A DNA stretch of 64,000 bases, from the NCBI GenBank assembly GCA_036676985.1, contig JAKFBU010000001.1:64001-128000 (forward strand), given 5' to 3'. The DNA comes from Candidatus Sericytochromatia bacterium. GTDB taxonomy: Bacteria > Cyanobacteriota > Sericytochromatia > S15B-MN24 > UBA4093. Below are positions 10,764-21,590 of this stretch, in pieces. The first letter of the stretch is position 1, and every line of letters begins with the position of its first letter. A program made the translations under genes and the position numbers. The notes below the pieces were generated by a model. That model saw only the letters and a list, made by a program, of their open reading frames with translations. It ran no database searches and had not been told where the DNA came from.

Positions 10764-11417
10764 ATGAGACGCTTCGCCCTGGCCCTGTTGGGGGCCGTCC
10801 TGCTCACGGCCTGCTCGGAGTCTCCGACGGCGGTTGTGCCCCAGACGAACCCCCTGCCCGGGGCGAAGCTCACCTCGGCCTACGGGCCCCGGACGCACGA
10901 CCCCATCACGGGCAAGGCGCTGGTGGACGGCCATCACGACGGCCACGACCTGGCCGCGGCCGCCGGCACGCCCATCCGGGCCTCCAAGGAAGGCAAGGTG
11001 ACGTTCGCGGGCACCCGGGGCGGCTACGGCAAGGCCGTGATCCTCTCCCATGCGGAAGGCTGGAGCACCCTCTACGGCCATGCGAGCAAGCTCGCGGTCC
11101 AGGAGGGCCAGACGGTCCGCGCCGGCCAGGTCATCGCCTACGTGGGCAGCACCGGCCACTCGACCGGCCCCCACTTACACTATGAGCTGCGCCGCAACGG
11201 CGTGGCCATGGACCCGGGCCTCGCCTGGCTCCCGGGGCCTCAGGCCGCCAAGGCCTCGAAGGTCGCCAAGGGCAAGGTGATCGCCAAGGGCAAGGCGATC
11301 GCCAAGCGTCCCGCCGTGAAGCAGGCCGTGAAGCCGGCCATCAAGCAGGTGGCAAAGAAGTCCGCCCCCAAGAAGGTCGCCAAGTCGACCTCCAAGGTGG
11401 CCCTCCGAGGCACCTAA
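10764..11417 (+). CDS. M23 family peptidase lipoprotein with Lys/Ala-rich tail
   Basis: Lipobox LLTAC; HDGHD, LYGHA and GHSTGPHLHYE M23 motifs. Confidence 0.9.
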   Translation: MRRFALALLGAVLLTACSESPTAVVPQTNPLPGAKLTSAYGPRTHDPITGKALVDGHHDGHDLAAAAGTPIRASKEGKVTFAGTRGGYGKAVILSHAEGWSTLYGHASKLAVQEGQTVRAGQVIAYVGSTGHSTGPHLHYELRRNGVAMDPGLAWLPGPQAAKASKVAKGKVIAKGKAIAKRPAVKQAVKPAIKQVAKKSAPKKVAKSTSKVALRGT

Positions 11418-11559
11418 CAAAACCAGGCATGTGTCGCCGATGGCCGCCTTCCGGCGGCTTGAAGGAACAGTTTCGTTAGGCGCTCGCAGCCGCTGAGCGC
11501 GTTAGGCGCCGCCCGATCAGAGGTAAAATGACCGAGCGATCGTCTGGGCGGAGGAGCAC

Positions 11560-11841
11560 ATGCCACGAGCTTTTCGGATCGGGACCCTGGTCGTCGCCCT
11601 CATGCTGATCGGCTGCACGGATCCGGCCTCCCTGCCCAACGAGATCCTGGCGGTCGACGACCGGGTCAACACGAACATGCCCGTGACCGAAGAACGGGGC
11701 CACCGCACCGTCGGCGTCATCGTCATGTCGGGCGTCACGCGCCCTCTGCCGACGCCCTCGCCGCGCCCCACTCCGCTCGCCGCGCCCACGCCGGCTCCGA
11801 CGCCCTCGCCGAGCCCGAGCGGTCCGATCGTCCTGCCTTAA
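11560..11841 (+). CDS. Small lipoprotein with Pro/Thr/Ser-rich tail
   Basis: GGAGGAG RBS; lipobox LIGC. Confidence 0.65.
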   Translation: MPRAFRIGTLVVALMLIGCTDPASLPNEILAVDDRVNTNMPVTEERGHRTVGVIVMSGVTRPLPTPSPRPTPLAAPTPAPTPSPSPSGPIVLP

Positions 11842-11974
11842 CAATAAGAGACAACTCTTCGTAAATCAGGTAAACTGGGGTTCTGTGCACCGGCCCGCAA
11901 CGACGCGGGCCGGGGTCCTTGTCGTGCCGGACCGTTCGACCGGGGCGCTGAAGCCCCAGGAGGCCTCGACTCAC

Positions 11975-13570
<1,596 letters not shown>

Positions 13571-13583
13571 CCCGAACCCCCGC

Positions 13584-13611
13584 AAAAAGGCCCCGCCAGG
13601 CGGGGCCTTTT
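13584..13611 (+). terminator. Intrinsic terminator after pckA
   Basis: AAAAGGCCCCGCC-A-GGCGGGGCCTTTT hairpin with U-tract. Confidence 0.85.
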
Positions 13612-13664
13612 CTCGTTTGCGTGGTAAGATCCTTGCGTCACCTCGCTTCCCGTTGGAGGACGCC

Positions 13665-14153
13665 ATGCGCCTGCGCACCCTGCTGCCCCTGATGGTGGTC
13701 GCGATCGCCGCCTGCCAGACCGAGATCTACCCCGAGGCCCCCACGGTCCCCGCCCGCACCACGACCGGGGCCACCCCCGAGCCGGGCGGTACTGCCACCA
13801 AGCCGGAGCCCGGCTTCGAAGGCGGCCAGGTGGTGGCGAGCGGCCAGGGCTGGCTGGAGTTCGCCCCCCTGGAGAGCGCCAACAACTCGGGACGGGTCTT
13901 CTTCGCCTTCTTCCCCTACGACTCGCAGCTGCGCACCGCGGGCCCGAGCTCCTCGGTGACAGGAACGGCCGTCATGACGGACTCGACCGGCGCCAAGGAG
14001 ACCAAGGCCCTCCAGTTCTACGCCGACACCTCGAGCACGCCCGTCACCTACTGCTGGCCGACGCTCGTCTCCAAGCGCACCTACACGATCCATGCCACCC
14101 TCAAGGTCGACGGCGAGACCTACGAGGGGGACTTCACGTACCAGGCAAAGTAG
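13665..14153 (+). CDS. Hypothetical lipoprotein
   Basis: GGAGG RBS; lipobox IAAC. Confidence 0.75.
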   Translation: MRLRTLLPLMVVAIAACQTEIYPEAPTVPARTTTGATPEPGGTATKPEPGFEGGQVVASGQGWLEFAPLESANNSGRVFFAFFPYDSQLRTAGPSSSVTGTAVMTDSTGAKETKALQFYADTSSTPVTYCWPTLVSKRTYTIHATLKVDGETYEGDFTYQAK

Positions 14154-14259
14154 CAACACCCCCTCCACCTTTGGCCAAACTGCCCGAAGGTCTTGGCGAC
14201 TCTGCTGTATAGCATGGGCGCCAGGCTCCGCGTGGGCCTTAGCCGGACGGAGGAGGAGC

Positions 14260-14952
14260 ATGAGCAAGTTTGCGAGGCCGCTGGGTGCGGCGCTCACCGG
14301 AATCGTCGCAGGGGCGCTCCTTGGCAGCCCCGCCTGGGCCCAGGTCCCCGCCGAGCCCTACTCGCCGGCCCGGTACACAAGCCCCAAGCCGAGCGGGGCC
14401 ATCGGGACCTTCGCCTGGTACGCCAACGGGAACTACACGTCGGGCCCCACGAACCTGGTGGGCAACGCCTTCCTGCCCGGGCTCGCCATGAACGTGTGGT
14501 TCACGCCCTGGCTCTCGGCGGGCGTCTGGGCCACCACCGGCGTCTTCGGCGGCACCTTGGGTCCGGTGGCCTCCCCCTTCACCAACGCCGAGGCCGAGAT
14601 CAAGGCCAAGATCTTCCAGACGGGCGGCGGCACCTTCGGCTCGGCCCTCACGGCCGACCTGGGCGGTGTCGTCCGCACCGTCGGCGTGGGCAGCGGCACC
14701 TCTCCCAAGCTGGGGGCGATCTTCGACATGAACCTGCCCGCGCGCTTTGCCCTGCAGGCCCGCCTGGATTGGGCCCCGTGGCTCTTCGTCAACGGCTTGC
14801 AGACCAACGTCTTCGACTACAAGCTGGGCCTCGGACGGCCGCTCTTTCCGGGCATCGGGCTCGACTTCGGCGTGCGCGGCCAGACCGCCGTGGCTCCCGA
14901 CAGCCTGCTCAGCCTGAACGGCCCGTATCTGGGCGTGGGGTGGGTCTTCTAG
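14260..14952 (+). CDS. Putative outer-membrane beta-barrel protein
   Basis: GGAGGAGGAG RBS; signal peptide ending AWA; amphipathic strands; C-terminal YLGVGWVF beta-signal. Confidence 0.75.
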   Translation: MSKFARPLGAALTGIVAGALLGSPAWAQVPAEPYSPARYTSPKPSGAIGTFAWYANGNYTSGPTNLVGNAFLPGLAMNVWFTPWLSAGVWATTGVFGGTLGPVASPFTNAEAEIKAKIFQTGGGTFGSALTADLGGVVRTVGVGSGTSPKLGAIFDMNLPARFALQARLDWAPWLFVNGLQTNVFDYKLGLGRPLFPGIGLDFGVRGQTAVAPDSLLSLNGPYLGVGWVF

Positions 14953-15077
14953 ACGCCGTTCCCGAGCCGTTAAATTGAGGTTTAGCTTGCGCTAAGCTTT
15001 GGGGCCAAATCACAAGTCCCATGCCTCCCTGCCGGATAAGGAGATCACGAATCCTCGTCCGTAGGGAGGCATAGCGT

Positions 15078-15998
15078 ATGAGTGGCGGTCTGATCTCATC
15101 CCTGTTTGGCGCGAAGGCGGCTCCGAAGGACTGGCAGCCCCGATCCTTCCGCTCGCCCGAGCCGGATCCCGAACCGCAAGGGCAGGCCTCGCGCGATCGC
15201 CTCGAGCTGAGCCGTCCGGCGACCCCGGCGCGCGCTCCCCAGGCGCCATCCAGCTTCCGCAACGCCCGGTTCTCCGGTGACGACCTGAAGGCGGTGCTCG
15301 CGGGCGGCGTCCTCAAGTCCGGCGCCTCCGGCGAGGGCGTCAAGGCCGTGCAGCAGGCCCTCTCGGACCTCGGGTTCGCCCTGGAGGGCGGAGCCGACGG
15401 CGCCTTCGGCGGCAAGACCGCCCAGGCCCTCCGGAACTTCCAGGCGAGCCAGAAGCTGCCCAAGACCGGCGTGCTCGATGCGGCCACCCTGCGCGCCCTC
15501 GACGAGGTCGCCCCGGCCCCCGGCCTCAAGGCCTGGGAGGATCCCAAGCTCTCGCCCAAGGCCTTCGAGCAGCCCCAGGTGGTGCGCGGCAAGATGAGCC
15601 GCATCGTGGTGGGCACCGAGCAGCACCGCGCCTTCATGTTCGATGCCAACGGCAAGCTCCAGAAGATCTACCCCATCGCGGACGGCAAGGTCGAGTCGGA
15701 CACCAAGCCCGGCATCAAGGTGGTGGACGGCAAGCTCGCCGACCCCAGCGGCATCGCCCGGCAGCTGTGGCCGGAGTCCGGCGGCAAGGCCTTCGGCACG
15801 CGCCTGGTCGGTCTCTCCTGGCTCAACGAGAAGACGGGCAAGACCAGCCACAGCGGCGAGGAGCTGCACGGCACCTTCGCTCGCGACTCGATCGGTACGG
15901 ATGCCTCGCATGGCTGCATGCGCCTCTTCAACGAGCACATCGAGGAGGTCTACCAGCAGGTCAAGGTGGGCGACGTCGTGGTGGTCCGCAAGAGCTAG
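15078..15998 (+). CDS. L,D-transpeptidase (YkuD) with peptidoglycan-binding domain
   Basis: PG_binding_1 motif (VKAVQQALSDLGF..DGAFGGKTAQALRNFQ); catalytic LHGT...SHGCMRL. Confidence 0.92.
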   Translation: MSGGLISSLFGAKAAPKDWQPRSFRSPEPDPEPQGQASRDRLELSRPATPARAPQAPSSFRNARFSGDDLKAVLAGGVLKSGASGEGVKAVQQALSDLGFALEGGADGAFGGKTAQALRNFQASQKLPKTGVLDAATLRALDEVAPAPGLKAWEDPKLSPKAFEQPQVVRGKMSRIVVGTEQHRAFMFDANGKLQKIYPIADGKVESDTKPGIKVVDGKLADPSGIARQLWPESGGKAFGTRLVGLSWLNEKTGKTSHSGEELHGTFARDSIGTDASHGCMRLFNEHIEEVYQQVKVGDVVVVRKS

Positions 15999-16096
15999 AT
16001 CCGCCCCGGACGGGACTCTCGCCCGCCCCTTCCCCGCATGAAGGTCGTTGGCTGCCGCACGAAGCCTAACGAACTTTTAAGCTTGCGGAAAGATGG

Positions 16097-16125
16097 TTGA
16101 CTTCCGCTGCTCGGCGCGATACGAT
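16097..16125 (+). promoter_or_regulatory. Sigma70 promoter of tRNA-Asp
   Basis: TTGACT-N17-TACGAT just upstream of the tRNA. Confidence 0.75.
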
Positions 16126-16138
16126 ACAGGAGTCGCTT

Positions 16139-16212
16139 GGGGTTGTAGTTCAGTTGGTTAGAATGCGGCCCTGTCAAGGCCGAGGTCGCGGGTTCGAGCC
16201 CCGTCAACCCCG
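16139..16212 (+). tRNA. tRNA-Asp(GTC), CCA not encoded
   Basis: GGGGTTG/CAACCCC acceptor stem; anticodon arm CGGCC-CTGTCAA-GGCCG; GGTTCGAG T-loop. Confidence 0.97.
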
Positions 16213-16223
16213 CTCAAGCACAT

Positions 16224-16258
16224 CGTCCCCGACGCTTCGGCGTCGGGGACGGTTTTTT
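16224..16258 (+). terminator. Intrinsic terminator after tRNA-Asp
   Basis: CGTCCCCGACGC-TTCG-GCGTCGGGGACG followed by GTTTTTT. Confidence 0.92.
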
Positions 16259-16361
16259 GTTTCTCCTGGTACGAACGCCTGGACGCCGGGAATACAAGGG
16301 GCAGCTCCCCCAGCCGCCGGGCGTCCTGGCGGCCGGCACGAAAGATGAGGTGGATCGGTCC

Positions 16362-17465
16362 ATGCGCGCCCTTCGCCGCTGGCAACTCGCCGCCCTGACC
16401 CTCATGTCCCTCGGCACCCTGCCCCTCATCGGCTGCGACGCCCTCCAGACCGGCGCCCTGCCGGGCGCCACCACGAGCGCCAAGCCGGCCCTCAAGCTGA
16501 CGATCCTGGGGGACTTCGCCCCCCTGCGAACGACGAGCGCGGACTCCCGGTTCGGCCGGATCGAGATCCGGGGCGGCGACAAGCTCGCGCCCCGCATCCT
16601 GAAGCGAGCGGAGCTCGCGGCGGCCCTCAAGGGCACCAAGCCGCTGGACGGCGTGAGCATCACGAACTCCGAGCTGGTCGTGACCTACGAGGAGCTGGAA
16701 CCCGGCGACTACACCCTCGCCGTGATGCTCTACGACCAGGCCGAAGGCGGCACCAAGCTGAGCGACAACGCCTTCGACAAGAAGCTGGAGCTCGGCGTGC
16801 TCGAGGCCGTGCGGCTCGACCTGTCGGCGGCGGTCGCCGCCACCGTCCCCACCCCCACGCCGAGTCCCGCGCCGGCGGCCGCCGCCCCGCGCGGCGACCT
16901 CGAGGCCCGCGTGGACCTCCTGCCGAACGGCGACGGCCAGGCCCATCCCGTCACGCTGAACGGCGGCCTGCTGGCGCACTTCCAGGTCCCGACCGCCGCG
17001 AACTCCAGCTGGCAGTACGAGGCCACCCAGTCGGTCTTCACGGAGCTCGGCCCCTACGCGCGCACCGAGACGCTCACGCTGACGGCCGTATCAGCAAGCA
17101 GCCTGCGAGCCAACGGCACCATCGCGGGCACGCTCTACACCAACCGGGTCTTCGCGCCGTGGAGCGACTTCCACCGCCTCCTGGGCTTCGCCACCCTGGG
17201 CGACGCGGCCCTGCAGACCACCGGGGCGACCCGCTCGTTCGCGGTGGGCGCCCAGACTCACGTCGGGACCCACTACTTCCTCACGACGCAGGGCTTCGAG
17301 GACGAGGACGCCACCGTCAACTGGCCATCCTACCCGCTCTCCCATTCGATCGACCTGTGGTACGAGCCGGGCGTCGGGCTCTTGGCCTCCGACGACACCG
17401 TCTACCTCGAGGACGGCCGCGTGATGAAGGGCATGAGCGTCCGACTCAAGTCGTTCGGCCAGTAG
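16362..17465 (+). CDS. Hypothetical lipoprotein
   Basis: Lipobox LIGC; GAGG RBS; first gene of a three-lipoprotein operon. Confidence 0.75.
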   Translation: MRALRRWQLAALTLMSLGTLPLIGCDALQTGALPGATTSAKPALKLTILGDFAPLRTTSADSRFGRIEIRGGDKLAPRILKRAELAAALKGTKPLDGVSITNSELVVTYEELEPGDYTLAVMLYDQAEGGTKLSDNAFDKKLELGVLEAVRLDLSAAVAATVPTPTPSPAPAAAAPRGDLEARVDLLPNGDGQAHPVTLNGGLLAHFQVPTAANSSWQYEATQSVFTELGPYARTETLTLTAVSASSLRANGTIAGTLYTNRVFAPWSDFHRLLGFATLGDAALQTTGATRSFAVGAQTHVGTHYFLTTQGFEDEDATVNWPSYPLSHSIDLWYEPGVGLLASDDTVYLEDGRVMKGMSVRLKSFGQ

Positions 17466-17474
17466 GAGGTCCGC

Positions 17475-18455
17475 ATGTCGATCACCCCCATCCTGTCGCT
17501 CCTGTCCCTGCTCGGCCTCGTGATCCTGGCCGGCTGCACGGCCGTTCCGACCCTCATCGGCGGCGCCGGCGGGGCCGACGCGCTCGGCACGGCCCAGGTG
17601 ACCCTCGCCGCCTGGGGACGCAGCACGCAGGCGACGGCCGAGGACGTCTCGACGGTGTCCATCAGCGTCTCGCCCAAGGGCGGCAACCCGTTTTTCGGCC
17701 GCACGCTGATGGTCCCGAGCGCCTCCTTCAGCGCCGGCACGGCCACGGCCCGTTTCTCCGGCCTCTCGGTCGGCACCTGGCAGGTCTCCGCCAAGGCCCT
17801 CGGCGCCGCGGGTCAGAACCTCGGGTCGGCCACCGCGGACGTGGCCGTCACCTCAGGCCAGACCTCCCAGGTCACGCTGCCCATCAAGCTCGCGCCCACC
17901 AGCGGCCTGCAGCTCCAGGTCGGGCTCCGCGAGAAGGTCGTGCGCTGGAACGCCGCCATGCCGGCGGCCAGCGAGTCGGCCGCCACGGAGCTCGCGTTCC
18001 TCCAGACCGCGGGCCTGGAAAATGACGGCAACCGCTGGGAGTACGTCCTGAAGAACGACGCGGGAACGCATGCCGCCGTCTACACCGTGGCCTTCGATGG
18101 CCTGACGGGCAACAACTACCTGCGCGTGGAGGTGGCAGGGCGTGCTCCTCACCGCGTGAAGCTGAGCGACGGGGGCGCGAGCGCCCAGGAAGCCCAGCAG
18201 AACGATCTCTACTACCTGCCCGGCACGGCCCGGCTGGTGGCGACGGGCTCCGAGTCCGTCGCGGGCCAGTCGCGCCCCTTCCGGAAGTTCCGCTTCAGCG
18301 TCGACTACCCCTACACCGACGGCCGGACGGTGGCCGTGCAGGTCGAGCGCTGGGTGGCCCCCGACGTCGGGAGCTACCGGGAAGCGGTCACGGAGTCCTT
18401 TCCCGATGGGGAACTGGCCACCAGCTCGCTCGAGCTCGTGACCTACGCGTTCTAG
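17475..18455 (+). CDS. Hypothetical lipoprotein with Ig-like N-terminal domain
   Basis: AGGAGG RBS; lipobox LAGC; FSGLSVGTWQVSAKA Ig-like strand pattern. Confidence 0.8.
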   Translation: MSITPILSLLSLLGLVILAGCTAVPTLIGGAGGADALGTAQVTLAAWGRSTQATAEDVSTVSISVSPKGGNPFFGRTLMVPSASFSAGTATARFSGLSVGTWQVSAKALGAAGQNLGSATADVAVTSGQTSQVTLPIKLAPTSGLQLQVGLREKVVRWNAAMPAASESAATELAFLQTAGLENDGNRWEYVLKNDAGTHAAVYTVAFDGLTGNNYLRVEVAGRAPHRVKLSDGGASAQEAQQNDLYYLPGTARLVATGSESVAGQSRPFRKFRFSVDYPYTDGRTVAVQVERWVAPDVGSYREAVTESFPDGELATSSLELVTYAF

Positions 18456-18464
18456 GAGGAAACG

Positions 18465-18905
18465 ATGCGCAAGCGCCTCATCGCCATCGGATGCTGCCTC
18501 GCGGCCGCCGGCTGCGCCGTGGTCCCCACCGACGCCCCGATCTCCCTGGGCACCCTGGAGGCGAGCGTGACGCTCGGGGGCTTCCAGACCCAGGGCGTGG
18601 CCTCCGACGTCGCCCGCGTCCGGTGCGCGGTCGTGCAGGGCGCCCAGACGCAGAACCAGGAGCTGCCCGCCTCCTCGCTCGCCAGCCAGGCCTTCCTGTT
18701 CCAGCTGGCCGAAGGCACGGCGAGCGTCGCCGCCGACGCCTACAAGGCCGACGGCAGCTTCCTGGGGGGCAGCTACGCGATCGTCGGGATCCGCAGCGGC
18801 CATGTCACCATGCTGCGGACCACCATCGTCCTCGACAACCCCGACAACTCGTCGTTCCGCCCCTTGCTCCCCCTGCCCATCCAGGGGGCGACCGTCTCGC
18901 TGTGA
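18465..18905 (+). CDS. Hypothetical lipoprotein
   Basis: AGGAGG RBS; lipobox AAGC. Confidence 0.75.
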   Translation: MRKRLIAIGCCLAAAGCAVVPTDAPISLGTLEASVTLGGFQTQGVASDVARVRCAVVQGAQTQNQELPASSLASQAFLFQLAEGTASVAADAYKADGSFLGGSYAIVGIRSGHVTMLRTTIVLDNPDNSSFRPLLPLPIQGATVSL

Positions 18906-19018
18906 GGCTCTTAACAGCCGACAAACGTTTCCCTCCGCTTAACCTTAAATCGAGCAAGAACGCGGCTTGACCTCCCGATAACCCTCTCACGGCCCCCTTG
19001 GCCTGAGAGGGTTTTGGC

Positions 19019-21367
19019 ATGTATCGGCACCCGCGCAGCATGACCGCCACGTTGAACCGCGATCGCTTCCAGCGCTCGCGCACCGTGCCGCTGTCATTCG
19101 ACGGCGGGCTCGGGGCCCCCGTGCCTCCGGGCATGGTGCCGGACGCCTCGGGCGAGCGCATGTCCCTCGCGGCGAGCCCGCTGGCCTCCTCCAAGCAGCT
19201 CGCGGAGCTTGCGGCCGATACCGATCCCCAGCTGCGGTCCATGCTCGCCCACCGTCAGGACATCCCCGCCGAGGCGCTGCATGCCCTCGCCGCGGATGAG
19301 AGCCCCCTCCTGCGCGCCCGGATCGCCAAGCGCCTGGACCTGCCCGCGTCGGTCGCCGCCAAGCTCGCCCACGATCCCGAAGAGCTCGTTCGTCAGGCGC
19401 TCGCCGGCAACCCCATGGTCCAAGAGCCCGTGCTCCAGGCGCTCGCCAACCACCCCGACCTCGACTCCGAGACCATGCAGCGCCTGCTCGAGCACCCCAA
19501 GTGCGGAGCGGCGCTCGTGACCCGCTTCTGCCGCGCCGCCGATCCCCAGGTGCGCCGCATGGCAGCCAGCCACCCCAAGGCCGACCGCGAGATCCTGCGC
19601 GTGCTCGCCCTCGACCTGGAGCCTGAGGTCCGTCAGGCCGTCTACCAGCATCCGTCCGCCGACGCGAGCGTCCTCGAGGCGCTCGCCATGGACCAGGACC
19701 CGCGCATGCGCGCCCGGCTGGCGAGCGATCGCCGCACGACTGAATCGACCCTGGAGCGCCTGGCGGTCGATCCCGACCCGGGCGTGCGCCTCGCGGTGGC
19801 CCGTTCGCCGCGCACCAACGGCCACCTCCTGCGCGTACTCTCCGAGGACGCCGATCCGCGCGTCCAGGAGGCCGTCGTGAGCCACCCGCTCACGGGCGCC
19901 TCGGCGCTCGCGACGCTCGCGGTGCGCGCCGTGCCGCACGTGCGCCGGGCCATCCTGGATCACAAGCAGGTGGTCGCCTCGGTCCTCGAGACCCTCGCCG
20001 AGGATCCCGAGCCCTCCATCCGGGCCGCCCTCGCCGCCCACCCCCACCTGCCGGCGTCCGCCCGCGAGAGGCTCGCGCGCGATCCCGAGCTGGAGGTCGC
20101 CCGGGCGATCGCCCAGTCCCCCTTCCTCTCCGCCGAGGCCCTCGCGCGGCTCGGCGAGCGCGACGACGCCTTCCTGCGCGCCATGGTGGCCCGCCACCCG
20201 GCCACCCCGCAGGAGACGCTCACGCGCCTCGCCTACGACGCCGATCCCGACGTGCGGCGCAACATCCTCCTCCACCCGCAGGCCACGCCCGCGGCGGTGG
20301 CGACCGCGCTCGCGGGCGAGCCCCTCGATCCCGAGATCCTGCGCCAGATCGCTCAGGCGGGGACCACGGGCCTCGCGACCCTCGCCTTCCTCGCCCGCGA
20401 CGAGCACGATTCGCTCCTGCGCTACTACGTGGCCATGAACCCCAACGCGGCCCTCGAGACGCTCGAGCTCCTGGCCCGCGACCACGTCTCCGAGGTCCGT
20501 ACGGCGGTGGCCTTCCACCCGGCGGTCTCCCCGGAGCTCCTGCGCCGGCTGGCCATCGACGAGAACCCGCGCGTGCGCTACGGCGTCGCCGCGCACGCCA
20601 AGGCCCCCGAAGAGGCCCTCACGACGCTCGCCACGGACGTGCAGCGCGAGGTGCGCTGGGCGGCCCTCAACAACCCTTGCCTGAGCTACACGGCGCTCCT
20701 GGCCGTGGCCTCGGACCCGGACCTGCCCGAAGAAGCCTGCTGGGACATGCTCGCCATGCCGCAGATGGGGCCCATGAGCCTCATGGCGATGCTCGGCGTC
20801 GCGAGCGTCGAGATCAAGCAGGCCATCACGCGGCATCCCGCCGCGGACTCCCTGGTACAGGCGGCGCTGGCGGCGGACCCCTCCCCGGCGGTGCGCCAGG
20901 CCCTGCTCGAGCAGCCCAACCTGTCGGCCCAGGCCATGGACCAGCTCGCCACCGACCGGGACAAGCGGATCCGCATGAAGGTCGCGCTGCGCGGCGACCT
21001 GTCGGAGGGGGCGGCCTGCGCGCTGGCGGCGGATGCGGCCTTCGAGGTGAAGCGGGCGCTCTTGGCGAACCAGCACCTGGGCCCGAAGGCGCTCATGGTC
21101 CTCATGGAGGACGAGCGCGTGGACGTCCGCTACGCGGCCGTGACCCATCCGCGCGTCACGCCCAAGGTGGCGGAGCGCGCCGCCGAGGACGAGAGCTGGG
21201 CCGTGCGCGAAGCGGCCGCCCAAAGCGGCCGTCTGGGGCGCAAGGTGCTCGCGCGGCTCGCCAAGGATGCCAACGGCTGGGTGCGCCGCGCCGCCAAGGG
21301 CGCTCGGGGCGCGGATCTCCTCGAGCCGCTGCGGCGCGCTCAGCTCGCCACGGAGCTAAGCCGTTAA
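19019..21367 (+). CDS. Leucine-rich-repeat-variant / HEAT-like repeat protein
   Basis: Many ~24-aa units of form LxxLAxDxxxxVRxAVAxHPxxP across about 700 aa. Confidence 0.9.
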   Translation: MYRHPRSMTATLNRDRFQRSRTVPLSFDGGLGAPVPPGMVPDASGERMSLAASPLASSKQLAELAADTDPQLRSMLAHRQDIPAEALHALAADESPLLRARIAKRLDLPASVAAKLAHDPEELVRQALAGNPMVQEPVLQALANHPDLDSETMQRLLEHPKCGAALVTRFCRAADPQVRRMAASHPKADREILRVLALDLEPEVRQAVYQHPSADASVLEALAMDQDPRMRARLASDRRTTESTLERLAVDPDPGVRLAVARSPRTNGHLLRVLSEDADPRVQEAVVSHPLTGASALATLAVRAVPHVRRAILDHKQVVASVLETLAEDPEPSIRAALAAHPHLPASARERLARDPELEVARAIAQSPFLSAEALARLGERDDAFLRAMVARHPATPQETLTRLAYDADPDVRRNILLHPQATPAAVATALAGEPLDPEILRQIAQAGTTGLATLAFLARDEHDSLLRYYVAMNPNAALETLELLARDHVSEVRTAVAFHPAVSPELLRRLAIDENPRVRYGVAAHAKAPEEALTTLATDVQREVRWAALNNPCLSYTALLAVASDPDLPEEACWDMLAMPQMGPMSLMAMLGVASVEIKQAITRHPAADSLVQAALAADPSPAVRQALLEQPNLSAQAMDQLATDRDKRIRMKVALRGDLSEGAACALAADAAFEVKRALLANQHLGPKALMVLMEDERVDVRYAAVTHPRVTPKVAERAAEDESWAVREAAAQSGRLGRKVLARLAKDANGWVRRAAKGARGADLLEPLRRAQLATELSR

Positions 21368-21374
21368 ACAGGCC

Positions 21375-21403
21375 TTTACCTCCGCGGAGTTGTTTGCTAT
21401 GAT
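21375..21403 (+). promoter_or_regulatory. Sigma70 promoter of initiator tRNA
   Basis: TTTACC-N17-TATGAT with extended -10 TG. Confidence 0.65.
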
Positions 21404-21414
21404 GAGTCCATCGT

Positions 21415-21490
<76 letters not shown>

Positions 21491-21493
21491 TAG

Positions 21494-21526
21494 CCGGCCC
21501 ACCGAAAGGTGGGCCGGTGACTTTTT
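21494..21526 (+). terminator. Intrinsic terminator after tRNA-fMet
   Basis: CCGGCCCACC-GAAA-GGTGGGCCGG then TTTTT. Confidence 0.8.
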
Positions 21527-21549
21527 GGGCGCCTGGCCGCCTCAAGCAG

Positions 21550-21577
21550 AAGCCCCCCTGCGAGGCAGGGGGGCTTT
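21550..21577 (-). terminator. Hairpin terminator for the cytochrome c gene
   Basis: AAGCCCCCCTGC-GAG-GCAGGGGGGCTT immediately after the stop. Confidence 0.7.
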
Positions 21578-21590
21578 GTCCGGGAAGACC

